Positions 30,668-43,536 of a stretch of 64,000 nt of DNA are shown here, one piece after another. Source of the stretch: Rhodothermales bacterium. GTDB lineage: Bacteria; Bacteroidota; Rhodothermia; Rhodothermales; VXPQ01. Position numbers and translations under genes: made by a program. The notes beneath the pieces are model-generated. The model made no database searches and was not told the origin of the DNA. It saw nothing but the letters and a program-made list of their open reading frames with translations. The stretch covers positions 39,770 to 103,769 of the forward strand of contig JBBDTI010000064.1 in assembly GCA_040904565.1 (NCBI GenBank), in the 5' to 3' direction. Numbering within the stretch: position 1 is the stretch's first letter; every line of letters starts with the position of its first letter.

Positions 30668-32122
30668 GTGGAATCCTTTCCGCACCTCGAACCTGAGCTC
30701 CTCATTGCCAACTACGCACTCGACGCGACGAGCTACTACAGAAATGAGGCATGGGAGCAGACGGTCGGCAGTGACTGGTCGCGCATGTCGGGAGAGGACA
30801 GGGCCCGCGCCGTTCAGTTCCTGAAGGAGGCCGCGGACGGGTCCCTGGTCACAAACCAGTTCTTTATGCTGAAGATGCCGGACGCGGCGGATCCCGTCCC
30901 CGTTCTGCTCAACTTTCTGCCCGCCCACGTCAAGCCGGAAGACCCTTCGGAAGACGGACCGCCCGCGATCGGTGCCGTAACGGTCACCGGCGAGGTGTTG
31001 CGCGAGCCGGCCACGTGGACGCAGAGCCAGACCCAGCGAAATCGGCTCGAAACGCTGGGACGTATGACCATGGGCATCGCGCATGATTTCAATAATTTGC
31101 TCAGCGGTATTCTGGGCTATACGGAGCTCCTGAAAAACTATGCCAAGGAGGAGCTCGCCGACAAAACGCTGATCGAACATCTAGACACGGTCGAACAGGC
31201 GGCTCTGGATGGGGCCGCGCTGATACGGAAGATCCAGCAGTATATCCGGCAGGAGCGGCAGGAGCACTTCGCTCCGCTCGACATTCCGACGTTGATTCAG
31301 GACTGCATCGCGCTCACGCGTCCCTACTGGTACAACGAGCCGCGCCGTCAGGGTATCGCCATCGAGGTCGAGCAGGAATATGAGGACGTACCGCCCGTCA
31401 TGGGATCCGCGACGGAGCTCCGAGAGGTCTTTCTCAACCTCATCCTCAACGCCGTGCAGGCCATGCCCAACGGCGGACGGCTCGTCTTCAGGACCGACGA
31501 ATCCAGGAAGGGCGTGCGCATCCGCATAAAAGACACCGGGATGGGAATGTCGGACAGCGTCCGCGAACGCATTTTCGAACCGCTCTTTACGACGAAGGGA
31601 GAGCGGGGCACCGGAATGGGGATGGCCGTCAGCTACGGTATCATCCAGGAGCATGAAGGCACCATCAACGTCAAATCCCACCTCGGAGAGGGAACGCTGT
31701 TCGAGATCATCCTTCCCCAGGCGGAGGGCTCGGGCCAGGAGCACATCTCCGATCCGGAGGAAAGACCGAGCGAAACGGCGCGCATCCTCATCGTCGACGA
31801 TGAGGAGATGGTCCGAAACATCCTCGTAAAGCTCCTCTCGCTGAAAGGTCATGACGTGGTTTCGGTCGGCTCGGCTTCAGAAGCCCTGGCAACGCTCGAC
31901 GGCGAGGTCTTCGACATCGTCTTCACGGACCTGGGCATGCCGGAAATGAACGGGCGGCAGCTCGCACACGCGATCCGTCAGCAGTTCAGCGACCTCCCCA
32001 TCGTACTGCTGACGGGAGACACGGAGACCGGCGAGCCTGGAGAAGACGTCGACGTCGTCCTTTCGAAGCCGTTTAAGGTCGCCCAGCTGCAGAATACGAT
32101 CCAGCAGCTTCTGCCCCATTGA
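30668..32122 (+). CDS. hybrid sensor histidine kinase / response regulator
   Basis: H-box MGIAHDFNNLLSGILGYTELL, an HATPase domain (GTGMGMAVSYGIIQEHEGTINVKS), and a C-terminal receiver (ILIVDDEEMV...FTDLGMPEMNG...LSKPF). The start is uncertain: GTG 30668, versus 30464 which would overlap the divergent CBS gene. Confidence 0.85.
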   Translation: MESFPHLEPELLIANYALDATSYYRNEAWEQTVGSDWSRMSGEDRARAVQFLKEAADGSLVTNQFFMLKMPDAADPVPVLLNFLPAHVKPEDPSEDGPPAIGAVTVTGEVLREPATWTQSQTQRNRLETLGRMTMGIAHDFNNLLSGILGYTELLKNYAKEELADKTLIEHLDTVEQAALDGAALIRKIQQYIRQERQEHFAPLDIPTLIQDCIALTRPYWYNEPRRQGIAIEVEQEYEDVPPVMGSATELREVFLNLILNAVQAMPNGGRLVFRTDESRKGVRIRIKDTGMGMSDSVRERIFEPLFTTKGERGTGMGMAVSYGIIQEHEGTINVKSHLGEGTLFEIILPQAEGSGQEHISDPEERPSETARILIVDDEEMVRNILVKLLSLKGHDVVSVGSASEALATLDGEVFDIVFTDLGMPEMNGRQLAHAIRQQFSDLPIVLLTGDTETGEPGEDVDVVLSKPFKVAQLQNTIQQLLPH

Positions 32123-32154
32123 TGGCGAGCCGGTTGCGGAACGCGACACAATGA

Positions 32155-32181
32155 CAGGAAAGCTCCTTTGGCCTGGTTTTT
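32155..32181 (+). terminator. probable Rho-independent terminator after the histidine kinase gene
   Basis: CAGGAAAG / CTTT(GG)CCTG forms a stem of 8 bp with a 2-nt bulge and a 3-nt loop, followed by GTTTTTG. Confidence 0.55.
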
Positions 32182-32283
32182 GAACTTTGTAACACCCTGA
32201 ATGCGCGTATCCGCATTCGACACCATTGAAGACTGGCCGCGTCGCAGCCCGGCGCAGCGTCGAACATAGACATCAGACACTTT

Positions 32284-34824
32284 ATGATAGACCGAGATAT
32301 CAGTCCACCTACACACAAGCTCGAGCTGCTGGACGCCGACGACCCGGAACAGAGTATCCCGCTTCCGACCGCGGATGAAGAGAAGGAGATGAGCATGTCG
32401 GACGTGCCGGAAACGCTTCCGATTCTGACACTCCGCAACACGGTCCTCTTCCCGGGAGTCGTGCTCCCTATCACGGTCGGTCGCGATGCCTCGCTCAATC
32501 TGGTGAAAGACGCATTTAACGACGACCGTCTTATCGGCGTGGTGGCCCAGAAAAGCAGCGAGGTCGAGAATCCGGACCCGAGCGATCTGTATGGATTCGG
32601 GACGGTAGCGACCATCCTGAAGCTGATCAAGATGCCCGACGGATCGAAATCGATCGTGATCCAGGGCAAGCGGCGCTTCGAAATCGACGAATACGTACAG
32701 ACTGAGCCGTATTTCGAGGCGAAAGTATCGGCCATCGAAGAGGACACGGCTGGAGACGACGTCGAGCTTCAGGCGCGAATTCGCTCGATCAAGGAGCTGG
32801 CGATTCAGATCGTCAATCTCTCACCGAACCTTCCGAGTGAAGCGGCCTACGCGATCCAGAACATCGACTCGCCGGCGTTCCTGATCCACTTTATCGCGTC
32901 CAATCTGCAGATCGACGTCGAGGACAAGCAGGACCTGCTCCAGACGAGAGAGCTGGTCGACCGTGCGGAGAAAGTGATGGGACACCTGAATCGAGAGCTG
33001 CAGGTGCTCCAGCTTTCCGAAGAGATCCGGACGCGCGTGAAGTCCGACGTCGACCAGCAGCAGCGCGAGTATCTCCTGCGCCAGCAGATGAAGGCGATTC
33101 AGGACGAGCTCGGCGAGAGCGAAGGCGGCGGTGCGGAGATGAAGGAGCTCCGAGAGCGCGCGGGGGAGAAGGATCTCCCCGAACACGTTCGTGAAACGCT
33201 CGAGAAGGAGTTCGACCGCCTGGCGCGGACGAATCCGGCGGCCCCCGACTATGCCGTCACGCGCAATTACGTCGACTGGATCCTCGACCTGCCCTGGCTG
33301 GAGTACTCCGAGGACCATCTCGAGATCGATCGGGCCGAGGAGGTCCTCGATGAGGATCACTACGGACTCGAACAGGTCAAGAAACGTATCCTCGAGTACC
33401 TTGCCGTCCTGAAGCTCAAGGGCGACATGAAGGCACCGATCCTGTGCTTCCACGGTCCCCCAGGGGTCGGTAAGACGAGTCTCGGAAAGAGCATCGCTCG
33501 CGCCGTAGGTCGCGAATTCGTCCGCATGAGTCTGGGCGGCGTACGCGACGAGGCCGAAATTCGCGGGCACCGACGGACGTACGTCGGGGCGCTTCCGGGT
33601 CGCATCATACAGGGACTCAAGAAGGCGGGTACGAACAATCCCGTCTTCATGCTGGACGAAGTCGACAAGCTCGGATCCGATTTTCGGGGAGATCCGTCGA
33701 GTGCTCTGCTTGAAGTGCTCGATCCCGAACAGAACGACAACTTCAACGACCATTACCTCGAGCTCGACTACGATCTCTCCAAGGTGCTCTTCATCGCGAC
33801 GGCTAATTTCCTGGAAATGATTCCCGGGCCGCTGCGCGACCGCATGGAAATCATAGAGATCAACGGCTATACGCAGAACGAGAAGCTTCAGATAGCGAAG
33901 CAATATCTCGTTCCCCGTCAGATAGAGCGTAACGGGCTCAAGGAAGGCCAGGTCACGTTCACCGACGAGGCCCTGAGCCTGATCATCGACGGGTATACGC
34001 GCGAGTCCGGGGTTCGGCAGCTAGAGCGGACGATCGGATCCGTGGCCCGCGGCGTGGCCAAGAAGGTAGCCGTCAAGGAAATCGAGTCGGCTACGATCGA
34101 CGCGGACGACCTGGAGGAGTATCTAGGCGCGCGCAAGTACTTCTCCGAAGTGGCACAGCGGACCGAGGTACCCGGGGTCGCTACCGGCCTGGCGTGGACG
34201 CCCGTCGGCGGAGACATTCTCTTCGTCGAAGCGTCCGTGTCGCGCGGCAGCGGACGCCTCATCCTCACGGGGAAGCTGGGCGAGGTCATGAAGGAGTCCG
34301 CCCAGGCAGCACTTTCTTACGTAAAATCTCGCGCGGACGAGCTGGGCATACCGAGAGATGCGTTCCGCTACTGGGACGTGCACGTGCACGTGCCCGCCGG
34401 TGCCGTACCCAAGGATGGACCTTCCGCGGGCGTCTCCATGCTGAGTGCCCTCGTATCCATTTACACGCAGCGACGCGTCAAGCACGACGTAGCGATGACG
34501 GGCGAGATCACGCTGCGCGGACTGGTGCTTCCCGTGGGCGGCATCAAGGAGAAGGTGCTCGCCGCCAAACGGGCCGGGATCGAACACGTGATCCTTCCGG
34601 AGAAAAACGAGAAGGATATCAAGGAGATCAAGGACGAGGCGCTGGAAGGCCTCGACGTCCGGTTCGTCACGCGAATGGACGATATGTTCGACCTCGTGCT
34701 GGAAAAAGAGCCGGTGACTGATGCGGCCGCGCTGTTCTCCGTCTCCGACAAGGAGAAGCGGCTCGAAGCGGCGTTACCGAAGGATTCGAACGGTGCGCCC
34801 GTCGTAGAAGTGAAGGAATCGTAG
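32284..34824 (+). CDS. lon: ATP-dependent Lon protease (endopeptidase La)
   Basis: LON N-domain ([19 protein letters not shown]), Walker [10 protein letters not shown], and the proteolytic serine motif [11 protein letters not shown]. Confidence 0.97.
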   Translation: MIDRDISPPTHKLELLDADDPEQSIPLPTADEEKEMSMSDVPETLPILTLRNTVLFPGVVLPITVGRDASLNLVKDAFNDDRLIGVVAQKSSEVENPDPSDLYGFGTVATILKLIKMPDGSKSIVIQGKRRFEIDEYVQTEPYFEAKVSAIEEDTAGDDVELQARIRSIKELAIQIVNLSPNLPSEAAYAIQNIDSPAFLIHFIASNLQIDVEDKQDLLQTRELVDRAEKVMGHLNRELQVLQLSEEIRTRVKSDVDQQQREYLLRQQMKAIQDELGESEGGGAEMKELRERAGEKDLPEHVRETLEKEFDRLARTNPAAPDYAVTRNYVDWILDLPWLEYSEDHLEIDRAEEVLDEDHYGLEQVKKRILEYLAVLKLKGDMKAPILCFHGPPGVGKTSLGKSIARAVGREFVRMSLGGVRDEAEIRGHRRTYVGALPGRIIQGLKKAGTNNPVFMLDEVDKLGSDFRGDPSSALLEVLDPEQNDNFNDHYLELDYDLSKVLFIATANFLEMIPGPLRDRMEIIEINGYTQNEKLQIAKQYLVPRQIERNGLKEGQVTFTDEALSLIIDGYTRESGVRQLERTIGSVARGVAKKVAVKEIESATIDADDLEEYLGARKYFSEVAQRTEVPGVATGLAWTPVGGDILFVEASVSRGSGRLILTGKLGEVMKESAQAALSYVKSRADELGIPRDAFRYWDVHVHVPAGAVPKDGPSAGVSMLSALVSIYTQRRVKHDVAMTGEITLRGLVLPVGGIKEKVLAAKRAGIEHVILPEKNEKDIKEIKDEALEGLDVRFVTRMDDMFDLVLEKEPVTDAAALFSVSDKEKRLEAALPKDSNGAPVVEVKES

Positions 34825-34895
34825 CGCCCGTCGTAGACCTGTAAAGAGCGTAGCGCCCGCCGTAGACGTGAAGGAGTCGTAGCGGCCGCGAGACG
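34795..34895. repeat. 29-nt tandem repeat, about 3.5 copies, spanning the lon stop codon
   Basis: Units start at 34795, 34824 and 34853, with a partial unit at 34882. The unit is GCGCCCGYCGTAGA..GTGAAGGARTCGTA. U1 and U3 are 26/29 identical; U2 shares the first 14 and last 5 nt. Confidence 0.85.
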
Positions 34896-34898
34896 CCG

Positions 34899-35144
34899 TC
34901 AGGCATCCGGTGCGCGAGGTGCGTCGCCGGACGTATCCTCTTCGAGGATTTTTGCCTCGTCGATGTTCGGATCGAGTCCTTCGCGAAAGGCTTTCTCCGC
35001 GTCGACGTATACGTCGGCCGCCCGCCGTACCGTGGCGTCGATGGCACCGGCGGCGGCGCGTACGGCGACGCCGCCGAGCAAGACGGCCTTTCCGAGCAGG
35101 TTGAGCTCCTCGTATTCGATGCGCCGATCTTCAGAATCGTTCAT
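34899..35144 (-). CDS. small acidic hypothetical protein (81 aa), paralog of the upstream gene
   Basis: The ATG overlaps the stop of 35141-35503 in an ATGA. It shares an ELN..K.V.L...A..IDA..R motif with that protein. Confidence 0.5.
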   Translation of the reverse strand: MNDSEDRRIEYEELNLLGKAVLLGGVAVRAAAGAIDATVRRAADVYVDAEKAFREGLDPNIDEAKILEEDTSGDAPRAPDA

Positions 35145-35503
35145 GGCTTCTCGTCCGCGTCGGCTGAAGGGTCGGACGCTGAATCGGAGGGAGCGTCGTC
35201 ATCCGACGCGTCCGCTGCCGACGTGTCGGTTCCGCCGGTCGATGCGTGGACGTTCGACGGCGCCTTTTCCGTTTCGGGCGCCGCGCCATCGGCGTTCTCC
35301 TCCCGCGACTTCTTCTCGGCGCGTTTGCTGAATGCGTTGTTCAGCTCGTCGGACACGGCCCGGCCGAACGCATCGATCCCGCGAGCCAGGGTCGTCACGG
35401 TAGCTTCCAGTAGAAACACGACCTTCTCTTCCGAATTCAGCTCGTCGAAGTCCGACCGAACCCGCTGATAGTTCTCCTTTCGCTCCTGCTCTCGGTCACT
35501 CAT
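35141..35503 (-). CDS. small acidic hypothetical protein (120 aa)
   Basis: The ATG at 35503 gives MSDREQERKENYQRVRSDFDELNSEEKVVFLLEATVTTLARGIDAFGRAV... with a D/S/A-rich tail. The rest of ORF 35141..36316 lies antisense to rsgA and is spurious. Confidence 0.55.
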   Translation of the reverse strand: MSDREQERKENYQRVRSDFDELNSEEKVVFLLEATVTTLARGIDAFGRAVSDELNNAFSKRAEKKSREENADGAAPETEKAPSNVHASTGGTDTSAADASDDDAPSDSASDPSADADEKP

Positions 35504-35620
35504 GATGACACCCTCGGATCTGTACGCACGTACGCGTTGTAAATTAAAGACCTTGAACCTTTTGAGTAGACGAGAGATGTACCGGCAGGTTTCACACGCA
35601 TATTGTCTAGCCGCTGCCGC

Positions 35621-36610
35621 ATGATGGAATCGAACGAGACGCGATCCGATGATCCGCGTGCGCCCGACGAAGGCTATGCGGAAGGCGTCGTGATCCGGTC
35701 CACGGGCAGCTGGTACGACGTCCGCGTCGGCGACGAGGTCGTGCCGTCGAAGATCCGCGGGAAATTTCGCCTGGCGGAAGGTGACGAGACGAACCCCGTA
35801 GCCGTGGGCGACCGCGTAACGATCCGCCTCGGTGACGACGATACGGGCTACATCACCGAGATTCACGAGCGGATGAACCAGCTCAGCCGGCGAGCGGCCG
35901 GGCGCCGTGTCGGACGCGAGCAGGTCATCGTCGTGAACATAGACGCCGTCTGGATCATCCAGTCCGTCCGCCTTCCCAAGCCGAACCCCGGTTTCATCGA
36001 TCGGGTGCTCGTTACGACGGAAGCCAACAGCATCCGGGCGGGCATCGTCATCAACAAAATGGATCTGGCTCGGGAGAAGGACCGCGAGCGTCTCGACGAG
36101 CTTCGATCCCTGTACGAGGGCCTGGGTTACCCCGTGCTTCAGACCAGCGCCGAAACGGGTGAAGGCGTCGACGTGCTTCGTCAACGGCTTCAAAACCGGA
36201 CGAGCGTCCTGACGGGACCCTCCGGCGTCGGAAAGTCGTCGCTGCTCAACGTCATAGAGCCGGAGCTGGATATTCGTACGGCGGAGGTGAGTGAGAAGAC
36301 GAGGAAGGGGCGTCACACGACGACGTATGCGGCCCTCTTCCCCCTCTCGGGAGGCGGTTACATCGCAGACACGCCCGGCATCCGTGAGTTCGGCGTGCTG
36401 AACGTCGAGGAGTGGGAGCTATCTCACTACTTTGTAGAATTCCTACCGCACATCGAACGCTGCCGCTTCCCTACGTGCACCCACGACCACGAGCCGGGGT
36501 GCGGCGTCAAGGAAGCCGTAGAGAACGGCGACATTTCCGAACAGCGCTATGGAAGCTATCTGAATATTCTGGATTCGATCCAGCGAGGCGTCCGGGACGT
36601 AGGCAGATAG
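35621..36610 (+). CDS. rsgA: ribosome small-subunit-dependent GTPase A
   Basis: OB-fold N-terminus (GVVIRSTGSWYDVRV), circularly permuted GTPase motifs (VINKMDL ... GPSGVGKSSLLN ... DTPGIREF), and a zinc knuckle CRFPTCTHDHEPGC. Confidence 0.9.
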   Translation: MMESNETRSDDPRAPDEGYAEGVVIRSTGSWYDVRVGDEVVPSKIRGKFRLAEGDETNPVAVGDRVTIRLGDDDTGYITEIHERMNQLSRRAAGRRVGREQVIVVNIDAVWIIQSVRLPKPNPGFIDRVLVTTEANSIRAGIVINKMDLAREKDRERLDELRSLYEGLGYPVLQTSAETGEGVDVLRQRLQNRTSVLTGPSGVGKSSLLNVIEPELDIRTAEVSEKTRKGRHTTTYAALFPLSGGGYIADTPGIREFGVLNVEEWELSHYFVEFLPHIERCRFPTCTHDHEPGCGVKEAVENGDISEQRYGSYLNILDSIQRGVRDVGR

Positions 36611-36728
36611 CACGCCCTGGACAGATAAGCGAAAGGTACGCCCCCGATAGGCGCAAAGCATGCCTCGAATGGCCGAAAAGCACAGCACGGGCGGGCGGGC
36701 AGAAGTCACGCCCGGGATGAGACCGGTT

Positions 36729-37022
36729 CTAGCGTTCGGCGTGCTCCGGCGGCACGCCGAGCTGTTTCGACGCCTCTCCGGGGGCGGACGACGTGAGTCG
36801 CTTTTGCTGCTCTTCGAGCCGGTCCACCTTCTCTTCGAGCGGCCGCACGGCCTCTTCGACAGCGTTGCGTACCACGGCGGCAAGCTCGCTGGTCGTCATG
36901 CTGGCATTCTCCTGGCTTCCCTGGAGATACGACACGACGGCGCGGGTCACGCTCACCAGAGCCCACGAGCCGAAGATGATGCCGGTGATCGCAACAATGA
37001 AGACCCACATGTCGGGAAACAT
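36729..37022 (-). CDS. small single-pass membrane protein (97 aa), paralog of 43597-43920
   Basis: N-terminal transmembrane helix MFPDMWVFIVAITGIIFGSWALV, then TTSELAAVVRNAVEEAVRPLEEKVDRLEEQ. This segment is 14/30 identical to the equivalent segment of the 43597-43920 product. Confidence 0.55.
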   Translation of the reverse strand: MFPDMWVFIVAITGIIFGSWALVSVTRAVVSYLQGSQENASMTTSELAAVVRNAVEEAVRPLEEKVDRLEEQQKRLTSSAPGEASKQLGVPPEHAER

Positions 37023-37071
37023 AGTGCTACGAACCGGAAGTGAGAGATTCCACGTACGCTATATATGCTAG

Positions 37072-37170
37072 GTCACAATACCCTCGGCCGCAATTCCCCA
37101 TCGTCACAATACCCTCGGCCGCAATATCCCATGATCGCAATTCCTTCGGTCGCAATACCCCAGGTCGCAT
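37072..37170. repeat. direct-repeat (iteron-like) array upstream of the small membrane-protein gene
   Basis: A perfect 23-nt repeat GTCACAATACCCTCGGCCGCAAT occurs at 37072-37094 and 37103-37125 (period 31), followed by a degenerate third unit (TCGCAATTCCTTCGGTCGCAATACCCC). The sub-motif YCRCAATWCCC recurs about 6 times. Confidence 0.85.
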
Positions 37171-37215
37171 GCGGCACACGTTCGCATGATACGTCGCCCG
37201 TATGCATCACCTATC

Positions 37216-39780
37216 CTATTTCTTCCGCCGGCGCCCGCCCTTTTTGCTCTGTTTCTTCTCGATCAGCTCCAGGGCCAGCTCGAGCGTAACGTCTTCGGGC
37301 TCGGTATCCTTCGGCAGGGAGGCGTTCGTCTTGACGTACTTCACATACGGGCCGTACCGACCCTTCCACACCTCGATCGGATCCCCCGTCTCCGGATGGT
37401 CGCCCACTTTGCGCAGCGCGCCGGACTTCTTCGTTTTCTCGGCGAGTAGCTTGAGCGCGCGATCCAGGTCGACCGTCAGCACGTCGTCCTCACCTTTGAG
37501 CGATGCGTACGTCCGTTCGTGCTGCACGTAGGGACCGTAGCGGCCGATGTTGGCCTTGATCGGCTTCCCGGTGTCCGGATGCTCGCCCAGCGTTCGGGGC
37601 AGGGCCAACAGATCGATCGCCGTCTGGCGATCGATCTCGGAAGGCTGCAGGCCTTTCGGCAAAGAAATACGTTTGGGCTTCCCCTTCTGCTCGTCATCGT
37701 CGCCCAGCTGAACGTACGGCCCATACGGGCCTTCCTTGACGAGCACCTTCATGCCCGTCTCCGGATGCGTGCCGAGTTCGCGATCCGCGGCGTTGCCGGC
37801 TTCGAGGAGTTCCTTTAAGTCCTCCTTCGTCAGATCACCGGGTGCCAGCTCGTCCGGCAGCGAAGCCGTGGCCCGCTCGCCGTCCAGCTCTCCATCCACG
37901 TATGGACCGTACTTGCCGACGCGCACGACGTACCCGTTCCACTTAGGGGACTCGATCGTAGATACCTTCCGGGCATCGATCTTGTCGAGACCGGTCTCCA
38001 CCTGGTGCTCGAGTCCCTTCTCGCCAAGGAAAAATTTCTTGAGGTACGGCGTGGCTTGACGCTTCCCGGCCGCAATATCGTCGAGGATCTGTTCCATTTC
38101 AGCCGTGAAACCGACGTCTACCAGCTGCTCGAACTGATCTTCCAGCAGATGCGTGGCGGCAAACGCCGTGAAGGTCGGGATGAGCTGCGAGCCGTGCTTC
38201 CGCACGTACCCGCGTCCGACCACCGTATCGATGATGGAAGCATACGTGCTTGGCCGCCCGATGCCTTCCTTCTCTAGGATACGCACCAGCGTTGCTTCCG
38301 TATAGCGGGACGGAGGCTTCGTCTCGTGGCTCGAAACGTCCACCTTCTTGCAGTCCGGCCGATCGCCTTCGGCCAGCTCGGGCAGCGGCTGGTCGCGATT
38401 TTCGAGCGCGGCCTCCGGATCGTCGGAGCCTTCTACATAGGCCCGGAAAAAGCCGGGAAACTCGACCGTCCGTCCGGATGCGCGGAAGCGAGCCGCCTCG
38501 TCGCCCTCTCCGGCTTCGATATGTGCGGTGATGAGGCGCAGGCGGGCATCCGCCATCTGACTGGCCACCGTTCGCTTCCAGATCAGATCGTACAGCGCGC
38601 CCTCGATACCCGTCAGCGTCAGCTCGTCCTTCGTCTTCATATCACGGCCGGCCGGCCGGATCGCCTCGTGCGCTTCCTGCGCGTTGGCCACCTTGCCGCG
38701 GTACTGCTTGGGAGACGGACTCAAATAGTCCTTTCCGTAGCGCTGTTCGACGGCGCGGCGGCTCCCGAAGACGGCTTCCTTCGAAAGCTGCGTGGAGTCG
38801 GTACGCATATAGGTGATGTACCCGTTCTCATACAGCCGCTGCGCGACCTGCATCGTCTGGCGGGCCGACAGATTGAGCTTGCGGTTCGCCTCCTGCTGGA
38901 GCGTGGACGTAATAAACGGAGCGTAGGGCGACCGGGTCGAAATGCGGTCGTCGATGTTGACGACGCGCCACGTTTCGCTGGGCAGTCGTTCGGCGAGACT
39001 CTGGGCATCCTCCTCACTCCAGAGTAAGACGTCTTCACCCGCCGCCAGGCTTTCCTTGAGCCGCCCCGTATTGTCGTCGAAATCCTTCCCGGTGGCCAGG
39101 CGCGTGCCGCCGTAGTGCGTCATGACGGCTTCGAAGCCAGCGCCGTCCTTGTCGAGTTCCGCCTTGAGATCGAAATACTTCGCCGGCACGAAGGCCATCC
39201 GCTCCTTCTCCCGAAGAACGAGAAGACGGACGGCTACGCTCTGCACGCGACCGGCCGAGAGACGCGGTGCGATCTTCTTCCACAGCAGCGGCGAAAGGCT
39301 GTAACCTACCAATCGGTCGAGAATGCGGCGGGTCTCCTGCGCGTCGACCAGACTCTGGTCGATATCGCGGGTCTCCTCCAGCGCACGCTGGATGGCTTCC
39401 CGCGTGATCTCGTGAAAGACCATGCGACGCACGGGAACGTCCGGCGAAAGAACCTCCACGAGGTGCCAGCCGATCGATTCGCCCTCGCGGTCTTCATCCG
39501 TCGCGATGTAAAGCTCTTCGGCGGACTTCAAGGCGGTGCGGAGCTGGCGAACTACCTTCTGTTTGTCACCCGGGACGACGTAGATGGGCTGGAAGCTGTC
39601 TCTTACGTTTACACCGAGCCGCGCCCAATCCGTATCCCTCAAATTCTCCGGTATCTCAGACGCCGACGCCGGCAGATCGCGAACGTGCCCCATGCTCGCC
39701 TCCACCTGGAAATCCGAGGGAAGGAAGTTGCGAATCGTTCGTGCCTTAGTCGGGGACTCGACGACAACCAGTCGCTTCAT
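37216..39780 (-). CDS. topA: DNA topoisomerase I
   Basis: Toprim N-terminus [16 protein letters not shown], active-site region [11 protein letters not shown]-terminal repeats (GRYGPYV x several), and a Lys-rich tail. Confidence 0.97.
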   Translation of the reverse strand: MKRLVVVESPTKARTIRNFLPSDFQVEASMGHVRDLPASASEIPENLRDTDWARLGVNVRDSFQPIYVVPGDKQKVVRQLRTALKSAEELYIATDEDREGESIGWHLVEVLSPDVPVRRMVFHEITREAIQRALEETRDIDQSLVDAQETRRILDRLVGYSLSPLLWKKIAPRLSAGRVQSVAVRLLVLREKERMAFVPAKYFDLKAELDKDGAGFEAVMTHYGGTRLATGKDFDDNTGRLKESLAAGEDVLLWSEEDAQSLAERLPSETWRVVNIDDRISTRSPYAPFITSTLQQEANRKLNLSARQTMQVAQRLYENGYITYMRTDSTQLSKEAVFGSRRAVEQRYGKDYLSPSPKQYRGKVANAQEAHEAIRPAGRDMKTKDELTLTGIEGALYDLIWKRTVASQMADARLRLITAHIEAGEGDEAARFRASGRTVEFPGFFRAYVEGSDDPEAALENRDQPLPELAEGDRPDCKKVDVSSHETKPPSRYTEATLVRILEKEGIGRPSTYASIIDTVVGRGYVRKHGSQLIPTFTAFAATHLLEDQFEQLVDVGFTAEMEQILDDIAAGKRQATPYLKKFFLGEKGLEHQVETGLDKIDARKVSTIESPKWNGYVVRVGKYGPYVDGELDGERATASLPDELAPGDLTKEDLKELLEAGNAADRELGTHPETGMKVLVKEGPYGPYVQLGDDDEQKGKPKRISLPKGLQPSEIDRQTAIDLLALPRTLGEHPDTGKPIKANIGRYGPYVQHERTYASLKGEDDVLTVDLDRALKLLAEKTKKSGALRKVGDHPETGDPIEVWKGRYGPYVKYVKTNASLPKDTEPEDVTLELALELIEKKQSKKGGRRRKK

Positions 39781-40228
39781 AAGAAAAGACGTTTCCTATA
39801 TAAATAAGTGGGATCTGCAGCTCGCCGATCGGTCGAAGATGGCATCCGGGTCGACGTTTGACGCGTAAGCTACCCTAGGTACACAGACACGGGCGAACGC
39901 GTTTCGTCACCCGGCCGAAGCCCGAATTTCATCGGTGCCGCAATCACACGCGCTGCACCACACATCGTTCCTCACGTCGTTTCACGCTGCCGGCGGTCCG
40001 GTGTGCTCTTTCTCCGCGCCAGATCTGCACGGCGTTCCCTTCGGCGGCCGGTTCGAAAGCATTCGGGCCGGATCGATTCGATTTGATAAAACGGTGGATT
40101 CGCCGCGTCCTTCGATCTTTCGTCCCGACTGCGTTCGCCAATGTGGGCAGCGCTTTGTAAATTCATCATCCTGGCTCCGGCCGTCACGGTGACGGAGCCG
40201 TCCGTGCAACAGCGTGGGAAGATTGGAT

Positions 40229-40489
40229 ATGGGAAGGAAGCAAGTGATCGCCGGCTCGGCACTGTTATTCGGTGTTGCGGCGGGCTCGGTAGTCGGCATC
40301 GGACTCGTCGAGACGGCCCGGGGAGATGTCGGCGGCGCCCCCGGTATCTCGCGTGCCCTATCTCGAATCGGACGCTTCGTCGGAGGCGGCATGCTGGCCG
40401 GCATCGGCGTCGTGGCCGCGTCGGCAACGCTGTCTGGACTCATTGTTTATACGGGATTAACCGAAATGCAAGAACTCGACGTGTTCTGA
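40229..40489 (+). CDS. small Gly-rich two-TM membrane protein, hypothetical
   Basis: [27 protein letters not shown]...[23 protein letters not shown] has two hydrophobic glycine-zipper-like helices. No family recognised; the coding status is moderately uncertain. Confidence 0.45.
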   Translation: MGRKQVIAGSALLFGVAAGSVVGIGLVETARGDVGGAPGISRALSRIGRFVGGGMLAGIGVVAASATLSGLIVYTGLTEMQELDVF

Positions 40490-40553
40490 TGCCGTCCAAT
40501 TACATTGGTTGTTGAACGCCGGAAGTACGGCACGGCGCCATCGGCCCGGCTTA

Positions 40554-40597
40554 GGATTCACACCAAGGGTTCACAACAACGGTTCACAACAACGGTG
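40554..40597. repeat. 13-nt tandem repeat upstream of ppdK
   Basis: GGTTCACAACAAC occurs at 40568-40580 and 40581-40593 (perfect), flanked by a degenerate copy GGATTCACACCAAG (40554-40567) and a partial GGTG. Confidence 0.85.
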
Positions 40598-40805
40598 CGG
40601 CCCATCGCATTGCCTCTGTAATCGCGGTCCCTTGCTCTTTGCAGCGCCGGGGCATGCCCCATGGAGCCACTGCGACGGCAGACGCACGGCTGATCACTCG
40701 GTCCTACACCAAACACCATCAGACGACGGTATACAAGACTGCATTGCGACGTCGACACGGTGCGACGTCTTCGCCTTTAGAGACACTCATCAGGATCATT
40801 TGCAT

Positions 40806-43481
<2,676 letters not shown>

Positions 43482-43536
43482 TCCGGCCACCGCGACCGGC
43501 TACGGTCGCGGTACGAGACGTCGAATCTACGGCATC

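Noticed and set aside
35504-36316. Upstream 271 codons of ORF 35141-36316 (-). The analogous case is 60682-61407, the upstream part of the HU ORF.
   Set aside because: These regions are antisense to rsgA and to the M1 peptidase respectively, and they are not protein-like. Plausible internal starts at 35503 and 60681/60747 give proteins of normal size.
37072-37170. Considered whether this or the other tandem arrays (4314, 34795, 40554, 48915, 48977) could be CRISPR arrays.
   Set aside because: The units are contiguous with no unique spacers. The arrays have only 2-3.5 copies of 11-31 nt, there are no cas genes, and the repeats are not palindromic CRISPR-like units.
39781-40228. The 448-nt spacer upstream of topA contains overlapping 60-150-aa ORFs on both strands and a palindrome CCGTCAC-G-GTGACGG (about 40182-40196).
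   Set aside because: The ORF translations are Arg/Pro/Ser-rich and unconvincing. The palindrome is an isolated 7-bp arm pair of uncertain meaning. I left the region as unannotated intergenic and promoter sequence.
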